In this document: piece after piece, positions 12,151-25,399 of the stretch
How positions within the stretch are numbered: the stretch's first letter is position 1
How the letters are laid out: each line of letters starts with the position of its first letter
DNA from: Malacoraja senta
Lineage: Eukaryota
Reading direction: 5' to 3'
Length of the DNA stretch: 64,000 nucleotides
Assembly: GCA_038087875.1 (NCBI GenBank)
Contig: JAXLNO010000324.1
Span: 1-64,000, forward strand
Program-made: the position numbers and the translations under genes
The notes under the pieces: generated by a model
What the model was told of the DNA's origin: nothing
Databases searched by the model: none
The model's input: the letters and a program-made list of their open reading frames with translations, nothing else

Positions 12151-14392
12151 CACTTCTATGCCATTTCTATCGAATACAGGGCTTCCCTCCATGATCATGT
12201 CTCAGATCTGTCTGTTTACTTTTAGGAATGTTCATGGACTGTTATCGCCTGTATTTGCAGAATACTCTCTGCTCTCCCTGGTGATATTGGACACATTTAT
12301 AGTATATTCTGATTCTCATGGTCCTGCTGCCTTCTTCCCAACATTGTTTTCACCCGGATAACCTAGCACTGTCGAAAAGACTGAGGGGGATTCCTTTGTT
12401 ATATCCAAGGGTTTCCATGTTTTTTTTAAATAAAATGGTCCATGGGATTTCAATAAGTTTATCAAAAATGGCACCCATTATCTTGTGTAATATTACCAGA
12501 TGAAGTTCCTCAGCCTGACTGCTCCCAAAAGAATTTCTCAGTTATTCTCTGTATTGCTGCGTAATGTTGCCTTGTTTTGTCTCAGTACATGCCATGCACC
12601 ACCTGGCTTTTGTAACAGGGACCTGGTGTCTTGAGCTCCCTTTTCATAGATGCAAATTTTATTTTAGGTTCAGGGAATGTCTTCTGCTTTTCCCTGCTAA
12701 TATAAATTTGCAGACTCACACAGCTTTGTTCCCGCAGCCTGGCTTTTGTATACCTCTCACTGCAGTTTTTTGTGAACTGGCCAAGAACTAAGTACTGGTA
12801 TGTCTTTGCTCATTCAGTCACTTAGCATCAAACAAACACAGCTGTTTACAGGGGTGAGCTTGTCTTTAGCAGAACAACTGTCATGGTATGATATGATAAG
12901 ACATGAGTGTCTCTTAAGATGTTAGCAGCCCATCAAGGTAGCATTTGTGTCAACAGCTGACAGACACACCAGAAAGTCAAATATCATAATTGCTGAGTCT
13001 GACACCTGAAAAACTGTGTGAGCATATCTGTGTCGTTTTGTCCACGTTCTTTAATGGTGTGGCATTAATCAGTACTGAGGAGATTCTTGGGAGAACAGGC
13101 CTTCTGGAAGTCGTACTGGTACAGGTGTGATAGATATACTGCAAAAAGGGCGTGGGGATATGAGAACAAATGTATTGCAGTTAAATACAGATTGGGTCTG
13201 TCTGTGTAAGTGCTGGCAGTTTGCATATGAGCTGCTTTAAAAAAAATAGTTAATATAGTATTTGTTATGAGGATGTTTTCATTTATTGGCATAGGCCAAT
13301 TGCAATTATTTTTCCAATTGAATGACTTACAAGGCCACATCAGAGGACATTAATTAGTGAATTATTCAGTGAAGTGTTGGGGTCACATGTAGGCCAGAAT
13401 ATGTCGGACAACTAAGCCATCCTGAAGTAAGTTGGTGAACCAGTTACATATTTACAGTTCAGCAATTTTCATGATAATTTTATTCTACAAATGTTGTAGC
13501 TTTCTATTGTGCGGTTTGAAGTCTTGATTTCCATTTTGGTAATCCAATGCTTCTGCCACTACTGATGAAGAGGATTCAGATAATAGCTGAATAAGTGTGG
13601 CACATGTGATGATACCAAGTTACAATGGGGCAATGTCCTCAGCTATCTACAAATGATTTTTCACTGAGCAATAAGACATATTCTGTCAGCTTTTGGGACA
13701 ACTCAGTAAATTCAGCAAATAGAAACCTGGAACAAAGTACATACACTTTAAAATATGAATGTGGATTATCCACTTTAGGGTCACTTTTTCTGAGTTTTAA
13801 AAGCTAATCAGCAAATCTGACAAATGCAAGTTACTTTGATTTTAATAATGAAATGAATACTTTTCCTCTCAGAGTTATTCAATGGCAATTAAAAATTTGA
13901 AAAATAGCGCAGTGGCAAAGCCGCCATGTGTTTCAAATTTCCTCTCAACCAAATCAACTATCGAACCATGGCTGTAATTTGAAACAGACATATTTTACAA
14001 AGCGACTGACCTGCTTGCAAAGACACAAATTATGTGTGGGTGGTGGCCAGAGAGGTGATGATAGAGGGTAGAAAAAGACCTCCAATGGTAATCTTGAGAT
14101 AATGGGGATAGAAAGAAGTGTTTGCATTAAGTAGTCAAATTGAGTTGTATGTTGTTAAAATTCCTGTTTTACATTAAGTGGCTCCAAGTTAATAGCTGCG
14201 GGCTTGCAAAGAGTACTGTTTCCATGTTTTACTGCCAGAAAACACCATAAATTTTAACTTGACTGCCTCTTTCAACATAGCCAACTTCTCTTCACTCTCA
14301 TGCATGTTCTTAAATGATGTGCACGGACAGTATTATTACTTAATATGATTTATATTTCGGTGCCCGACTAACGAACGAGAAATCACTGTTTT

Positions 14393-14690
14393 TTGTTTTA
14401 GAGAGAGAGCATGGAAACAGGCTCTTCGACCATCCCAGTCCACGCCCACCATTGATCACCGTTTCACACTTGTTCTATGCTTTCCCACTTTCTTATCCAC
14501 TCCTGCACATTAGGAACAATTTTAAAGAGGCCAATTAACCTACAAACCCGCACATCTTTGGGATGTGGAAGGAAACCCATGCGTTCCCAGGGAGAGCGTG
14601 CAAACTGCACACACAGCCCCCGGGGTCAAGATTGAACCTGGGTCTTTTAAGCTGTGAGGCAGTCGCTCAACCAGTTGCGCCACTGTGCCA
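14393..14690 (-). mobile_element. V-SINE (HE1-like)
   Basis: Head tggcacagtggcgcaactggttgag on minus strand, core and tail. Confidence 0.85.
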
Positions 14691-14754
14691 TGTGATACTC
14701 GAGTACCTCAAGTCTCTAACACTGAACTGAATTAGTGAATGAGCCTCCAATTGA

Positions 14755-14850
14755 TCTTGAGGAAGGGCCCCAACCTGAAATGTCACCTATACACGTCTTC
14801 CAGAGATGTTGCCTGACCCACTGCATTACTCCAGCACTCTGTGTCTTTGT
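14755..14850 (+). mobile_element. Degenerate PLE-derived repeat
   Basis: cttgaggaagggccccaacctgaaatgtcacc...agagatgttgcctgacc. Confidence 0.65.
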
Positions 14851-15399
14851 TTGTTCTAACACTGTTCCAGCTTCCTTCCCAAGTAATATTATGGTCAGGT
14901 TAAACTGTATGTTTAGGTGAAATTAATTCTAAGTCTGGATAATTAGGTAGGTTCAGGGGTTCTTACTGCAGCAGATTTATACATGACACGTTAACTTTGC
15001 AGCTTGTGACACACTTTAATTGCTGCACATGTACACAATGGGAGGAGAGGATCCTGTCCATGTTATGGCAAAAATTATGCACCAAGTATGCAGCTAATGG
15101 AATTTAGGGATCTTGTACAATTGTGTTGACAAATCTCTATTATTAATACTGGTACAGATTTACTTTGTCTTTACCACATAGCTGTTTGAACCTCCAATTA
15201 ATAGTTCCTACACTGCTTGAAAGAGGTCTTCCCTTGACTCCTGATGTCTAATACTATTCACATCGCCTCCGACTCCTCATGTCTATGGCAACTTCCCCTC
15301 AAAAATAATTAACTAGTTGTCTCATTGACTGCTTTGATTAATTTCACAACCAAGCATCTATCTGGCACAGAACACAGGTAAAGGCATCTGATTTAGAAG

Positions 15400-16340
15400 A
15401 ACCGGCCATATACTTGTTTGACTTGCTTTACCTTTTAATGGTATCATGGCTGATCATATAGCTAGTATACTTTCTTCCCTAATTCCCATCCCATTTGGTA
15501 CCCTTGAAGTACATAAATCTATCCATGAGACTTGGCTATATTTAATAAGTGAACATCCAGGAAATGCCAAAACTTTATGACCCTTTGTACAATATTATTT
15601 ATCCATCCCTGTCTTAAGTAATTGGCTCTTTATCTCGACCCTTTATTCTAGATTCTCCTGTTCAAGAAAACAGCCTCTTGGAATCGTACCTGTCAATCCC
15701 TCTCAGAATCTGTATTTTGCAACAACATCGATTTGTTCTTCAACCTCTGGTTATCCTTATTCAGTCTCTCCTTATAATCAAGCCTCCTTCACTCAAAACT
15801 CAATCCAATGACTCTACAACTGCACCTACAGTGATGCGTGTATCTGCTTTAAGGTAATGAGAGTGATTCTGCGCTTTGTACTTTGGAAGAACTCTCAGAA
15901 ACCGCTGTACACTTTTGACACAATTTTATACCTTTCATGCTCTAACCTCCTTCCAGTAAAGACAAACATATTATGTCTTCCTAATTACTCGCACTATTTG
16001 CTTATTTAGTTGTTACATGAGACAACACCTCCACATTCCTGTGTACACTGACATTTACAAATTTCTCACCATTTGAAACATATTCTGCTTATCTATTTCG
16101 CTATGAAGAGCCTAATTATATTGCACTTCACGTGGCAAATTATTGTCCATTTACTTAATTTGTCTCTGTCCCATTGCAGACTTTCTGCATGTTCCTTCCA
16201 GCATAGGCTCACCTTTGGCGTTTTATGACCAGAAATGTGTAATTAGGCATCTAATACAGTTGTGTGGTGTGTAAATGTCCTTTCTTCAAGTCATTGATGG
16301 AAGTTGTGATAAACGGAGGACCCTGTGACACTCAGTTAAG
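15400..16340 (-). mobile_element. Old CR1-like LINE 3' region
   Basis: Degenerate similarity to the CR1 copy at 55765-56905 (atcatggctgatc, cctgtcaatccctctcagaatc). Confidence 0.55.
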
Positions 16341-16519
16341 GTTTATGAATCTCCAAATGGTTCCAAGGTATTATCTGTCTGCAAGTGAATTCATCTTCAT
16401 TGTGTCTGCCCTATTTAAAAAAAACCTTCACGATCTTCATGAGTCTGAAGAAGTCAGGTCTTGATCTCCTCTCTGGGAAAAAACAATTCAATTGTTCTTG
16501 ATCGTTAATCTTTATGAAG

Positions 16520-16870
16520 CATGCAATGCTCAGGCAGGGATTGATATGGTAGGTTCTGAGGGGATTTCTTCCCTGCTTGGGGGTATCCAGAACTAGGAGG
16601 CATAATATCAGAATATGGAATCTTCTATTTATGACAGAGATGAGGAGGAATTTCTTCTCTCAGAGGGTTATGAACTTTTGGAATTCACAGAGAGCTGTGG
16701 TGGCTGAATCATTGAATGTGTTCAAGGCAGAGATTGGCAGACATTTAAACTACAAAGGGGTCAAAGAGGCTGCAGAGAGAGTGGGAAAGTGGTGTTGAGC
16801 CTAGGGTTGGGTCATCCATGATCTTATTGAAGTGTGGGACAGGCTCAAGACGTGTGTGGCCCAGTTTTAA
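16520..16870 (+). mobile_element. CR1-like LINE 3' fragment
   Basis: Translates SRTRRHNIRI...EMRRNFFSQRVMNFWNS, the CR1 ORF2 C-terminus. Confidence 0.8.
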
Positions 16871-17262
16871 CCCTTTCCCTTATGCTCCATTAAATCGTTT
16901 TGTTTACTTTTCCTGTGCCTCAAGGTCCTAATCATTCTGCAGAACCTGGGTCTGAAATAATTGGAGTACATGAAGTACCTATTAGTTTTTACCCAGTGTG
17001 GTGAATGCCTGAAATGTGCATTCTGGGGTGGTAGTTGAAGCAGATACGTTAATGGCATGTAAAATACTTTTGGATAGGCATATGGCTATGTAGGGAATGG
17101 AGGGATACGAGTTATGTGCAGGTAAAAAAGTGATGGCATCATGTTCTGTACAGACATTGTGGCTGAAGGGCCTGTTCTTGTGCTGTACTGTTCTATGTTC
17201 TATGTGGTTCAGCTAAGGTTGTGGACAAGCTAAAAGCCCTGTCCCACGGTACGAGTTCATTC

Positions 17263-17615
17263 GGGCTGCCGTTGCAGCGACTGGCTGCGGAGCCCTCAAG
17301 CTGGCCCCGACCTCGGGTGGACTAGGAGGAGGACTGGACATTTTGGTGCCTTTCCCTCACAGTGGAGAGTGTCGACTCTGCTGTGGGGGGATGTTCATGT
17401 TGAGTCTCTGATAGTGTGTCGTGTCTTTTTTGTTCTGCCTTTTTTGCTTTTTTGTTTGAAGCTCGGAGGGGACCGTGCCTTTGCTGTGTCGGCACCGTTA
17501 TGTTGTGTTATGTTGTCTGTTTATGATGTCTTGTTTATTCTTCTGTACAGCACTTTGGCCAACATTGGTTGTTTTAAAGTGCTTAACAAATAAAGTTGGA
17601 TTGGATTGGATTGGA
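17263..17615 (+). mobile_element. L2-like LINE/SINE 3' tail nested in the MITE
   Basis: gtacagcactttgg...ttttaaagtgcttaacaaataaagtt(ggatt)n. Confidence 0.6.
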
Positions 17616-17847
17616 AAAGTTCTCCCGAGTTTGCCCTGATTCGAACGCGGAGATTTACGGTAATGGCCGCTCATAGGTACTCGGGGCTCTCGTGGACATT
17701 TTTCAAAATGTTGAAAAATCTTCACAAGTCTTCCCGAGCTTACCGCGTTTCCAGAGTACCTACCGTTAGCATTACGAGCCGCTTAGAGACGTCCCCGAGC
17801 TCCGACGTACCCGCTACGTACATTCTACGTGCTTACCATGAGTTGCG

Positions 17848-18180
17848 TTTTTTTTCACTAAAGTTTTTATTGATTTTTCACAGAGATATATACAAAACAG
17901 TGCAACACCATCACCATAAATAAAACAAAATAAGAAAAACAACAGTCAAAATAAAAAAATAAATAGATAGGGAAAAAAAAGAAGTAAATACATTTTAAAA
18001 ATGGAATAAGACCGTGTGGTTCACTTACCAAATTAAAAAAAAACCCATTACATTGATTAGTTATCTGGAGATATTTCAATATTCACACAAACATACCATT
18101 TAGTTCTATATGACACAATCTTCCCATATCTAGCTCGGCATTTGTCTAGTTGGTGTCATGGCTCAAATAAACGGTCCATT
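17848..18180 (-). mobile_element. L1-like 3' end nested in the MITE
   Basis: On the minus strand: tggaccgtttatt (ORF2-end-like), T-rich 3' UTR, aataaa and an A-tail. Confidence 0.5.
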
Positions 18181-18399
18181 ACCACAAGTTTGATTTTTTT
18201 TTAAACTGGGGAGAGCTCTTGAATGAACTCGTACAGTGGGACAGGGCTTTTAAGATAATTTCCCTGCTTTTCAGTTAGATCCATCTAGAAATGCTCTCTG
18301 CTTGTTTCTTTGAAATGTTATGCCTTACAACCCTGTATTGTTATTTTAATTACAGTACATTCTAGGAAATTTAGAGATAGGAATTTTGAATTCCCTCTC

Positions 18400-19495
18400 A
18401 CAAGCTTATTTCACCATTTAACGTGATCATGGCAAATCAGTGACTTTACACAATATGTCATCTTTTCTCCATGTCCATTCATACATTTAGTTGATGAAAA
18501 TCTATCAATCTCAAGTTTAAAATTAACAATTGTATAAAAAAAAAAATTCTTTGCAGAAGGATATTTGAAGCCTTTACCACCCTCTAAGTTTGGAACGAGA
18601 GTTCCTGGAGCTAAATCTACAACCAGTGGAGATACTGTATCTCTATCCAGTTACCAGGTCCTCTTGATTTCTTGAACACATTAATTAAATTAGCCTTTAA
18701 CTTACTAAAGTCATAGCATAACTGCCCTAGTTTATATCATGTGTCCTTATAATTTAACCCTTGTAGTCCAGGTATCACCCAGGCAAATTCACTTTCTCCA
18801 ATCCATCATGCACTACTTAAACCCTTGTGCCCAAACTCCTCCTAAAATTCCAGGTGCAGTTTTATCCAACTGCAGTATAAGTTCCACCTTTTATTATTCC
18901 AGCCTACTAAACGGTAAATATATGGCTCCATTATCCTCTCTGTGCCTCTTTGATTTGTTAATGATCCTGGATTCATAGTATTTTGTGGACCTCCACATTT
19001 TCTAGCTTTTTCACCATCAATAAATTATGCTGTTTCATCTTTTTTAGATCCAAAATATATGACTTCACATTACATTGAAATTCATTTGTCAAAACTCTTT
19101 GTGATCATTTAATCTATGAATACCATCCTGATGTATTCCACTTGTCATGCTGCCTACATTTGTCACATTGACAAATTTGGAATTGACTTTCAAACCTTCC
19201 ATCTAAGTCATTAATAAGTGAATAGTTCTTCAGCACAGATCTTTGTCCAGGTGGCACATTGCAGATTTGTGAACCATCTTCCCATCCCAACACTCCGTCA
19301 TTAGCTACTCTGCCAATTTTCTCAAAAGTCAATAATTTGCATTTAATTCCATGATCTTCAGGTTTTTTAAATATATCTTATGAGTGCTATTCTCAGATGC
19401 TTTCTGAAAGTTTGTGTGAGAAATGTGAAATGACATTTCTCAATCCATCTTATCTCTGAAATACTGCAAGACTTCCAGATGTCCGTTATTCTTTC
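18400..19495 (-). mobile_element. Old CR1-like LINE remnant
   Basis: Degenerate; minus strand INDLDG...KF(A)DD-like region near 19150-19220 and CR1 3' tail near 18400-18480. Confidence 0.55.
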
Positions 19496-19502
19496 CTGAA
19501 CT

Positions 19503-20065
19503 TGGGTGGCACAGTGGCGGTGCTAATAGAGCTCCTGCCTCAAAGCGTTAGAGACCCGGGTTCGATCCTGACTATGGGTGCTGTCTGTACGGAGTTTGTA
19601 TGTTCTCCCTGTGATCTGCATGGGTTTTCTTTGGGATCTCCAGTTTCCTCCCACACTCCAAAGATGTACAGGTTTGTAGGTTAATTGGCTTGGTGTAATC
19701 GCATAGCATTAGTGTGCGGGGATCGCTGGTTGGTATGGACTCGGTGGGTCGAATTGCCTGTTTCCATGCTGTATCTCTAAACTAAACTAACATAAACCTG
19801 GGATCGATATTGACCTCAAGTGGTGTCTATATAGAGTTTGCTCATTCTCCCTGTCACTGCATGAGTTTCATCCGCGTGCTCCAGTTTCCTCCCACATCCC
19901 AAAGACGCAGGTTTGTAGGTTAATTGCAATCTGTAAAATTGCCACTAATGTAAAGGGAACGGATGATACAGTGGGATAACATAGAACTAGTGTAAACGGG
20001 GGATTGATGTTTGGTGTACATTGTGTGGGCTGACGGGTCTGTTTCTATGCTATATCTTTAAACTA
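19503..20065 (+). mobile_element. Two tandem V-SINEs (19503-19790 and 19796-20065)
   Basis: Head gggtggcacagtgg, B-box gggttcgatcc, core, (CTAAA)n tail; second copy lacks its 5' head. Confidence 0.9.
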
Positions 20066-21260
20066 CTGAGTCTAGTAATTTCTTGATCATTGAAATTAGG
20101 CTAATTTTTTTATTTTAATATATTGGTTGGCATCCCACATCTTTTTTACAGTTGGGTGACGTGTATCTCCTGGTGTGAATATTTCATTACTGAATCAAGA
20201 AAACTTTGGATAAGGTTCTTACCTACTTTTCTCAGGTCCCTCTATACGTGGCACAGATGTGAATCAATAAGTTGGGCCTTTGGCTGCATAAGACACTACT
20301 TGGCAAACTGGTAATGAAAGATCTGGCCAATTATTGAAAAAGCTCCCCTGAACCCAGTTTCAGTAATGCAATACATTCCAATGTGGGCTAGCTTGATTAT
20401 TCCAACGTAAACCCTCCTCCCAACCCCGTCCCCATTGAAACAACCTTTGCCTTTTGTGCATTCTGCAGATTTAGCCCTACTCATTGCTTATTTCATTACT
20501 GATGACAGCAGCCTGCCTGTAGCCTTTACCTTGCTCATGGTCTGTTGGGTGAAGGCTGTCAGTCCACATGGAACTCGGCCTTTTGTTTGATGCTGTTACA
20601 ACTGAGCTGCCAAAAATCTACGCCGCCAGTTATTTGGCGGCAGGGTGTCTGTGGTTTAAGTAGAATAACAGGGCAGAAGCAGGCCATTGGGTCCAACACG
20701 TCTGTGCCAGTGTTTATGTTCCACATGAGCCTCTCTCTCTTTCTCACCCTGTCAGCACCTAGAGTCAAGGTGAAAATACTTTACTTCATTTTGGATCTTT
20801 ACTCCAATGTGGTATGGATTTAAGATTCAGGGCAAAAAGAAAATACTCAGCAGTGGCCGTAACATTGGAGAGGAACCTACCAACCCAGAGTTTGTGCAGA
20901 GAATTCATCAATAAACATACATATTGATCAGTAAAAAAGCACAATGCAGGAATCAAGAAATAACTGAAATACAACTTTTTTTTTGTTGCATTTTACTTTT
21001 CACATGCCTTTGAACGTTTATCTATTCTACAGAGATGCTTTTTTATAGTCTATCAAAGATCGCATGGTCAAGAGGATCTAGAATCACATGGCTTACATGA
21101 CCAACATGGGTATGAGGATTTATTGCAGTTCACTATTCAGGAAACTGTTCAACACAGAGAAGCATCTTGAATTGTTTTCATCCCCTTCCCACCTTGACAT
21201 CAAACTATCTGTATTCAATGAGCATTTTCATTTTCCTGAATGCTCCAAACAACTCTGTAA

Positions 21261-21580
21261 AGCCTCTGTCCTACTTTCCCGAGTTACTCACGAACTCTCC
21301 CGAGTTTTCCCCTTGATTCGAACTCGAAGAATTACGGTAATAGCCGTTCGTAGGTACTCGGGGCTATTTTTTTAAACTCGTGGACATTTTTCAACATGTT
21401 GAAAAAACATCCCGACTTACCTGATGCCCCGAGTTCCTACGGCTGGCATTATGAGCCGCTACGAAACATCTACGGACTCCTACAAGCTCGCTACCGACAT
21501 TACCCGACATTCCCCTAGTTCGAATCAAGGGGAAAACTCGGGAGAGTTCGTGAATAACTCGGGAAAGAGGGACAAGGCCT
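21261..21580. mobile_element. PIF/Harbinger-type MITE with long (~60 bp) TIRs
   Basis: ctttcccgagttactcacgaactctcccgagttttccccttgattcgaact inverted at 21517-21568; TAA on both sides. Confidence 0.9.
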
Positions 21581-22020
21581 TAATACAACCAGTTTCCAAG
21601 AACAGATAACCACTGCTTCTTATGGTGTTTTAGAAAATCTTGTTTAAAGACATCTTGAAGGCTGTCCCATTATTCCAGGAACATTATATGAGGTGGAACT
21701 ACATTGATGAAAGCAATTCTGGAGGGAATCTAGGCAGACACCTGGCACACTTTTATTGATGCACAGGTGAAAAGATTACAGATGAACTGTTGCACTCTTC
21801 CAGTTGGAGGTAAAGAAAGAAATACTTCTCTTCTTTCAGGTCTGAAAGGGAACACAGAGTTTCTCAATAAATATATTGATACCATATGTAGATTATTAGG
21901 AAAGAAAGAAATAACTTACATTTCTCACCAGTTTTGTGTTCCAGCAATTCCCCAGTCAGATTAACTCACAGTTAAGTTGTCCATTATATATAAAACTTCT
22001 GTATTAACCTTTGTGAACAT

Positions 22021-22373
22021 GGCAGCATGGTGGTGCAGCGGCAGTGTTGCTGGCTTACAGCTCTAGAGACCCAGGTTCGATCCTGACCTTGGGTGCTGTT
22101 TGTATGAAGTTTGTACGTTGTGTGTGTTTGGAGTATGGAGTTGTACGTTGAGTTTGTATGTTTCCCCGTGACCTGTGCGGCATTGCTCCGGTTTTCTCCC
22201 ACACACCAAAGACGTACAGTTTGTAGGTTAATTGGCTTTGGTAAAATTGTTCATTGTCCCTAGTGTGTGTAGGAAAGTGTTAGTGTGCGGGGATCGCTGG
22301 TCGGCGCGGACACGGTGGGCTGAAAGGCCTGTTTCCGCGTTGTATCTCAAAATGTAAACCAAACTAAATTAAA
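22021..22373 (+). mobile_element. V-SINE with internal short duplications
   Basis: Head tggtggtgcagcgg, ggttcgatcc, repeated agtt(t)gtacgttg, tail. Confidence 0.9.
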
Positions 22374-23183
22374 CATTATTGGCACAGGAAGCATGGCCTG
22401 TCACAGCAGGCTCTGTCAGCCAGAATTTTGACCAATCAAACAGGTCATTGATTATATAATATAATCAACACTAAGTGTCTCTCTTTAGAATACCTCTTCT
22501 GTTGCTGTGGAGAAGGCTTGTGTTCTGAAGGGATGCTGGATGAAGTCTGAGAGCTTGTGTGAATGAAAAGATGTGGCAACTAAAGGGCAACATTGAAAGC
22601 ACTTTAAATATTTGCAAATGGCTTTGACTGCTGCCTGAGTCTTTCAGGCAATGTTGAATTGATGGAATTTATAAGATGATGCTTGTTACTCCTGAAGAGA
22701 GTGCTCTACTCTCCCGCTGTGTCTTATCTGATCAGTACCTTAAAGTGGTTTGTATTCATCATCCTCTTTAACAGCCATTGGCCAGCAAAGTGAGGGGAGA
22801 AAATCACTGAAAAAGGAAACAAGTATTTACTGTTGACAAATTGAATCTGTTCATTATGGCACAACTTATAAATGAAAAGATTGCTTGTACTGGCCTTGAT
22901 CTTCCTTTCCCCACGAACAGATAGAAAGGACATTTTCTCTACAGCTAGGAATACCTGTAAAATTCCTCAGTTGCTGTCAATGGTGATGCCACTGTACATC
23001 ACAAACCACTGCAGGGCTGCCAACATTGGGTGAGAGTTGGGAGTGAGAAATTGCGAGAGACCAAGCCCGACGGAGCGTAGAGACTGAGGGGGGGGCGGTA
23101 GGGTGTGGGACAAAATTTGTCCCACAAAACTAACAAAATTTGCTACATCCATTGGCTTCCTTGTTATCTAACATGCTAGTTAA

Positions 23184-23764
23184 AGGTCTGTCTCACGAAT
23201 CTGCGGTCATTGGCGGCGAAATGGGAAGAATCTGCCGCCATAGACCGCGCACTCGTGAGAAAGAACAATTCCCGGGCCGTGCGACGGTGTTCCCAACACC
23301 GCGCGGTGCAAAAATAAAATCGACAATGTCGAAAACACTATACTCACCGCACAACCTCCACCAGTGATGCACAAGTGCGCACGGCCGCTCGCACGGGCCG
23401 CCGCCAGTGTGGCTCGAGCGCCGTGCGTCAAACCTCCTCTGCCACAGCCTCCGCCAGTGACGCACGTGTGCTGCGCGGCCGCAGGCACAGCCACCGCTAC
23501 AGCGCCGCGATCAGGATGGCCGCCGCCACAGCCGCCGCTGGTGAGTCACGTGCGGGGGGCCGACGTCATCGCAGTCGGCCCGCCCTTTTTTTACTTACCG
23601 CAAGCACGTGGGACCCGCCGTGTTTGAATTAACTCGGCCCCCGCGCAGCATCCGTGCGGCGCTCCGGTGGATAGCCTCGACGCTCTCGCCGTTGCCGCGC
23701 GTTCCTCGCTACCGGCGACGCCGCGCTTCACCGCCGATGACCGCAAACAGGTAAGACACGGCCT
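23184..23764. mobile_element. GC-rich PIF/Harbinger-type MITE
   Basis: aggtctgtctcac...tgcggtcattggcgg / ccgccgatgaccgca...gtaagacacggcct, TAA/TTA flanks. Confidence 0.75.
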
Positions 23765-24861
23765 TTACTTTGTCAAAGAAGTCATCAATTGGTTGAACAC
23801 AACTTGTCATCCATAAAATTATACTCACCCAGCTGCATAAGTATTCTGTTAACATTTCCTTCATTTTCCTAACAAACGGTCCTGAAGTCTTTTTCACCCC
23901 CAATATTTTCAGTATTTTGCTGTCTTCCTCTCAGCTGGGACTTTTCCAAAATGCAAAGTCCAATAACTATATATTAATGCAATAATATTCTATTTAATGT
24001 GATCTTGAGAGTACATCATATTTTCTGTGGTATTCATAAACACAACAATGATAAAAATATCTTTGTTTGATTGCACCTATCAACATGCATACATTATCAT
24101 ATATACAGTTAATGTACTGAGGGCAAATTGTTGTTCCAATGCTCCCCATTCCCAATTACTTTTACATTGAAGTGATTGAAATCCAAGTGAAGTTTAAATG
24201 GCATCAGAAAATATAAACCACCGGAATGGATGATATTCATTACGTGGTTGGTTGGAGTCAGTATCAGCACAATTACTATATTAAACTTTGAATCTTCAGA
24301 TGTCCTGGTTCAAGCTACTACTAAAGACAAATAATGACCTCCTCACACATTCCCCTGCAAGTATCTCTGTCACTCCTTTAAAATATGCCCCTTCTTTGAA
24401 CAAGCTCTTAAACGTCGCATCTGAATCAGTTTCCATCTGATTGAGGATGTTCATCTACGTGTTCAATTAATAAAACAACGGGATTTGGGACATTTCTATT
24501 CAACCTGTCAAAGGAATTTGGGGGGGGGTGGGTTTAGAAATATTCAGTGAGGTAAACAAACATAATAGTCGAGTGGCAAATAACAATAGTGCTACCTTCC
24601 CAATATTTAACTGAAGGAAATAATGGGTTATTGGGGCTGTATGTTGTGACAGACATCCTGACACCTTGCATGTTATTTTAATATTACACTTAACCCATCC
24701 CCCTGGATATTTCAGAAGAATAAATTAAGTTTTTTTCAACTAATTACAAATCAGACTAATTACAAATCATTAACATTAGCTAACTCTGAAACACGAAGCG
24801 CTGAGCACAGAAAACTGGCCTTAGTTCCCCGCTCACATCTGGCAGTGCTCGCCGTCTGAAC

Positions 24862-25090
24862 CAGGGCCTGCGGAGCATTTTTGAAAGTGGGGGGGGGGGC
24901 TGAGCAATCACTGATCACTGGCTTTGGAGGTATCCGGCGAGGGAGTGGAGCAACCGAGTGGGGGGAGGGTGTGGGAGAGGGGTCCCCCCCTCCCATGGTA
25001 CGGACTTTTTGAAATTTGATGTATTAAAATAATATTTTAGTGCATTGTAGAAGTATGATCTCAATGTTTTTTGTTTTAAGTACTTTTAAG
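24862..25090 (+). mobile_element. hAT-like MITE end, partner end not seen
   Basis: cagggcctgcggagcatttttgaaagtgggggggg terminal motif followed by G-rich subterminal sequence. Confidence 0.45.
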
Positions 25091-25094
25091 AGGT

Positions 25095-25335
25095 AACTTT
25101 TTAAGGGGTAACTTTTTCCACACAAATGGTGGTGGGTGTATGGAACAAGCTGCCAGAGGAGGTAATTGAGACAGGGACTATCCCAACATTTAAGAAACAT
25201 TTAGAATGATACATGGATAGGACAGGTTTGGAGGGATTGGACCAACAGCAGGTAGTGTAGGTGGGACATGCTGGCGGGTGTGGGCAAGTTGGGCCGAAGG
25301 GCCTGTTTTCACACTGTATCACTCTATGACTACAT
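25095..25335 (+). mobile_element. CR1-like LINE 3' end
   Basis: ggtggtgggtgtatggaacaagctgccagaggagg ... gggccgaagggcctgtttt ... ctctatgactac. Confidence 0.85.
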
Positions 25336-25399
25336 TATACCTCCACCATGCATGAATGCTTCAAAATCAAGTGGTCGAGTTTTATTGCCATATACTCAA

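Larger units (their letters stand above)
17234..18249. mobile_element. PIF/Harbinger-type MITE with two nested retroelement tails
   Basis: TIRs aagccctgtcccacggtacgagttcattc ... gaatgaactcgtacagtgggacagggctt, TAA/TTA flanks; interior similar to 21261-21580. Confidence 0.8.

Noticed and set aside
19503..19580. tRNA gene
   Set aside because: A/B-box-like sequence is the SINE head; there is no cloverleaf and it runs directly into the SINE core.
23140..23632. Ala/Pro-rich ORFs and CpG island suggesting a promoter
   Set aside because: Almost wholly inside a TIR-bounded Harbinger MITE.
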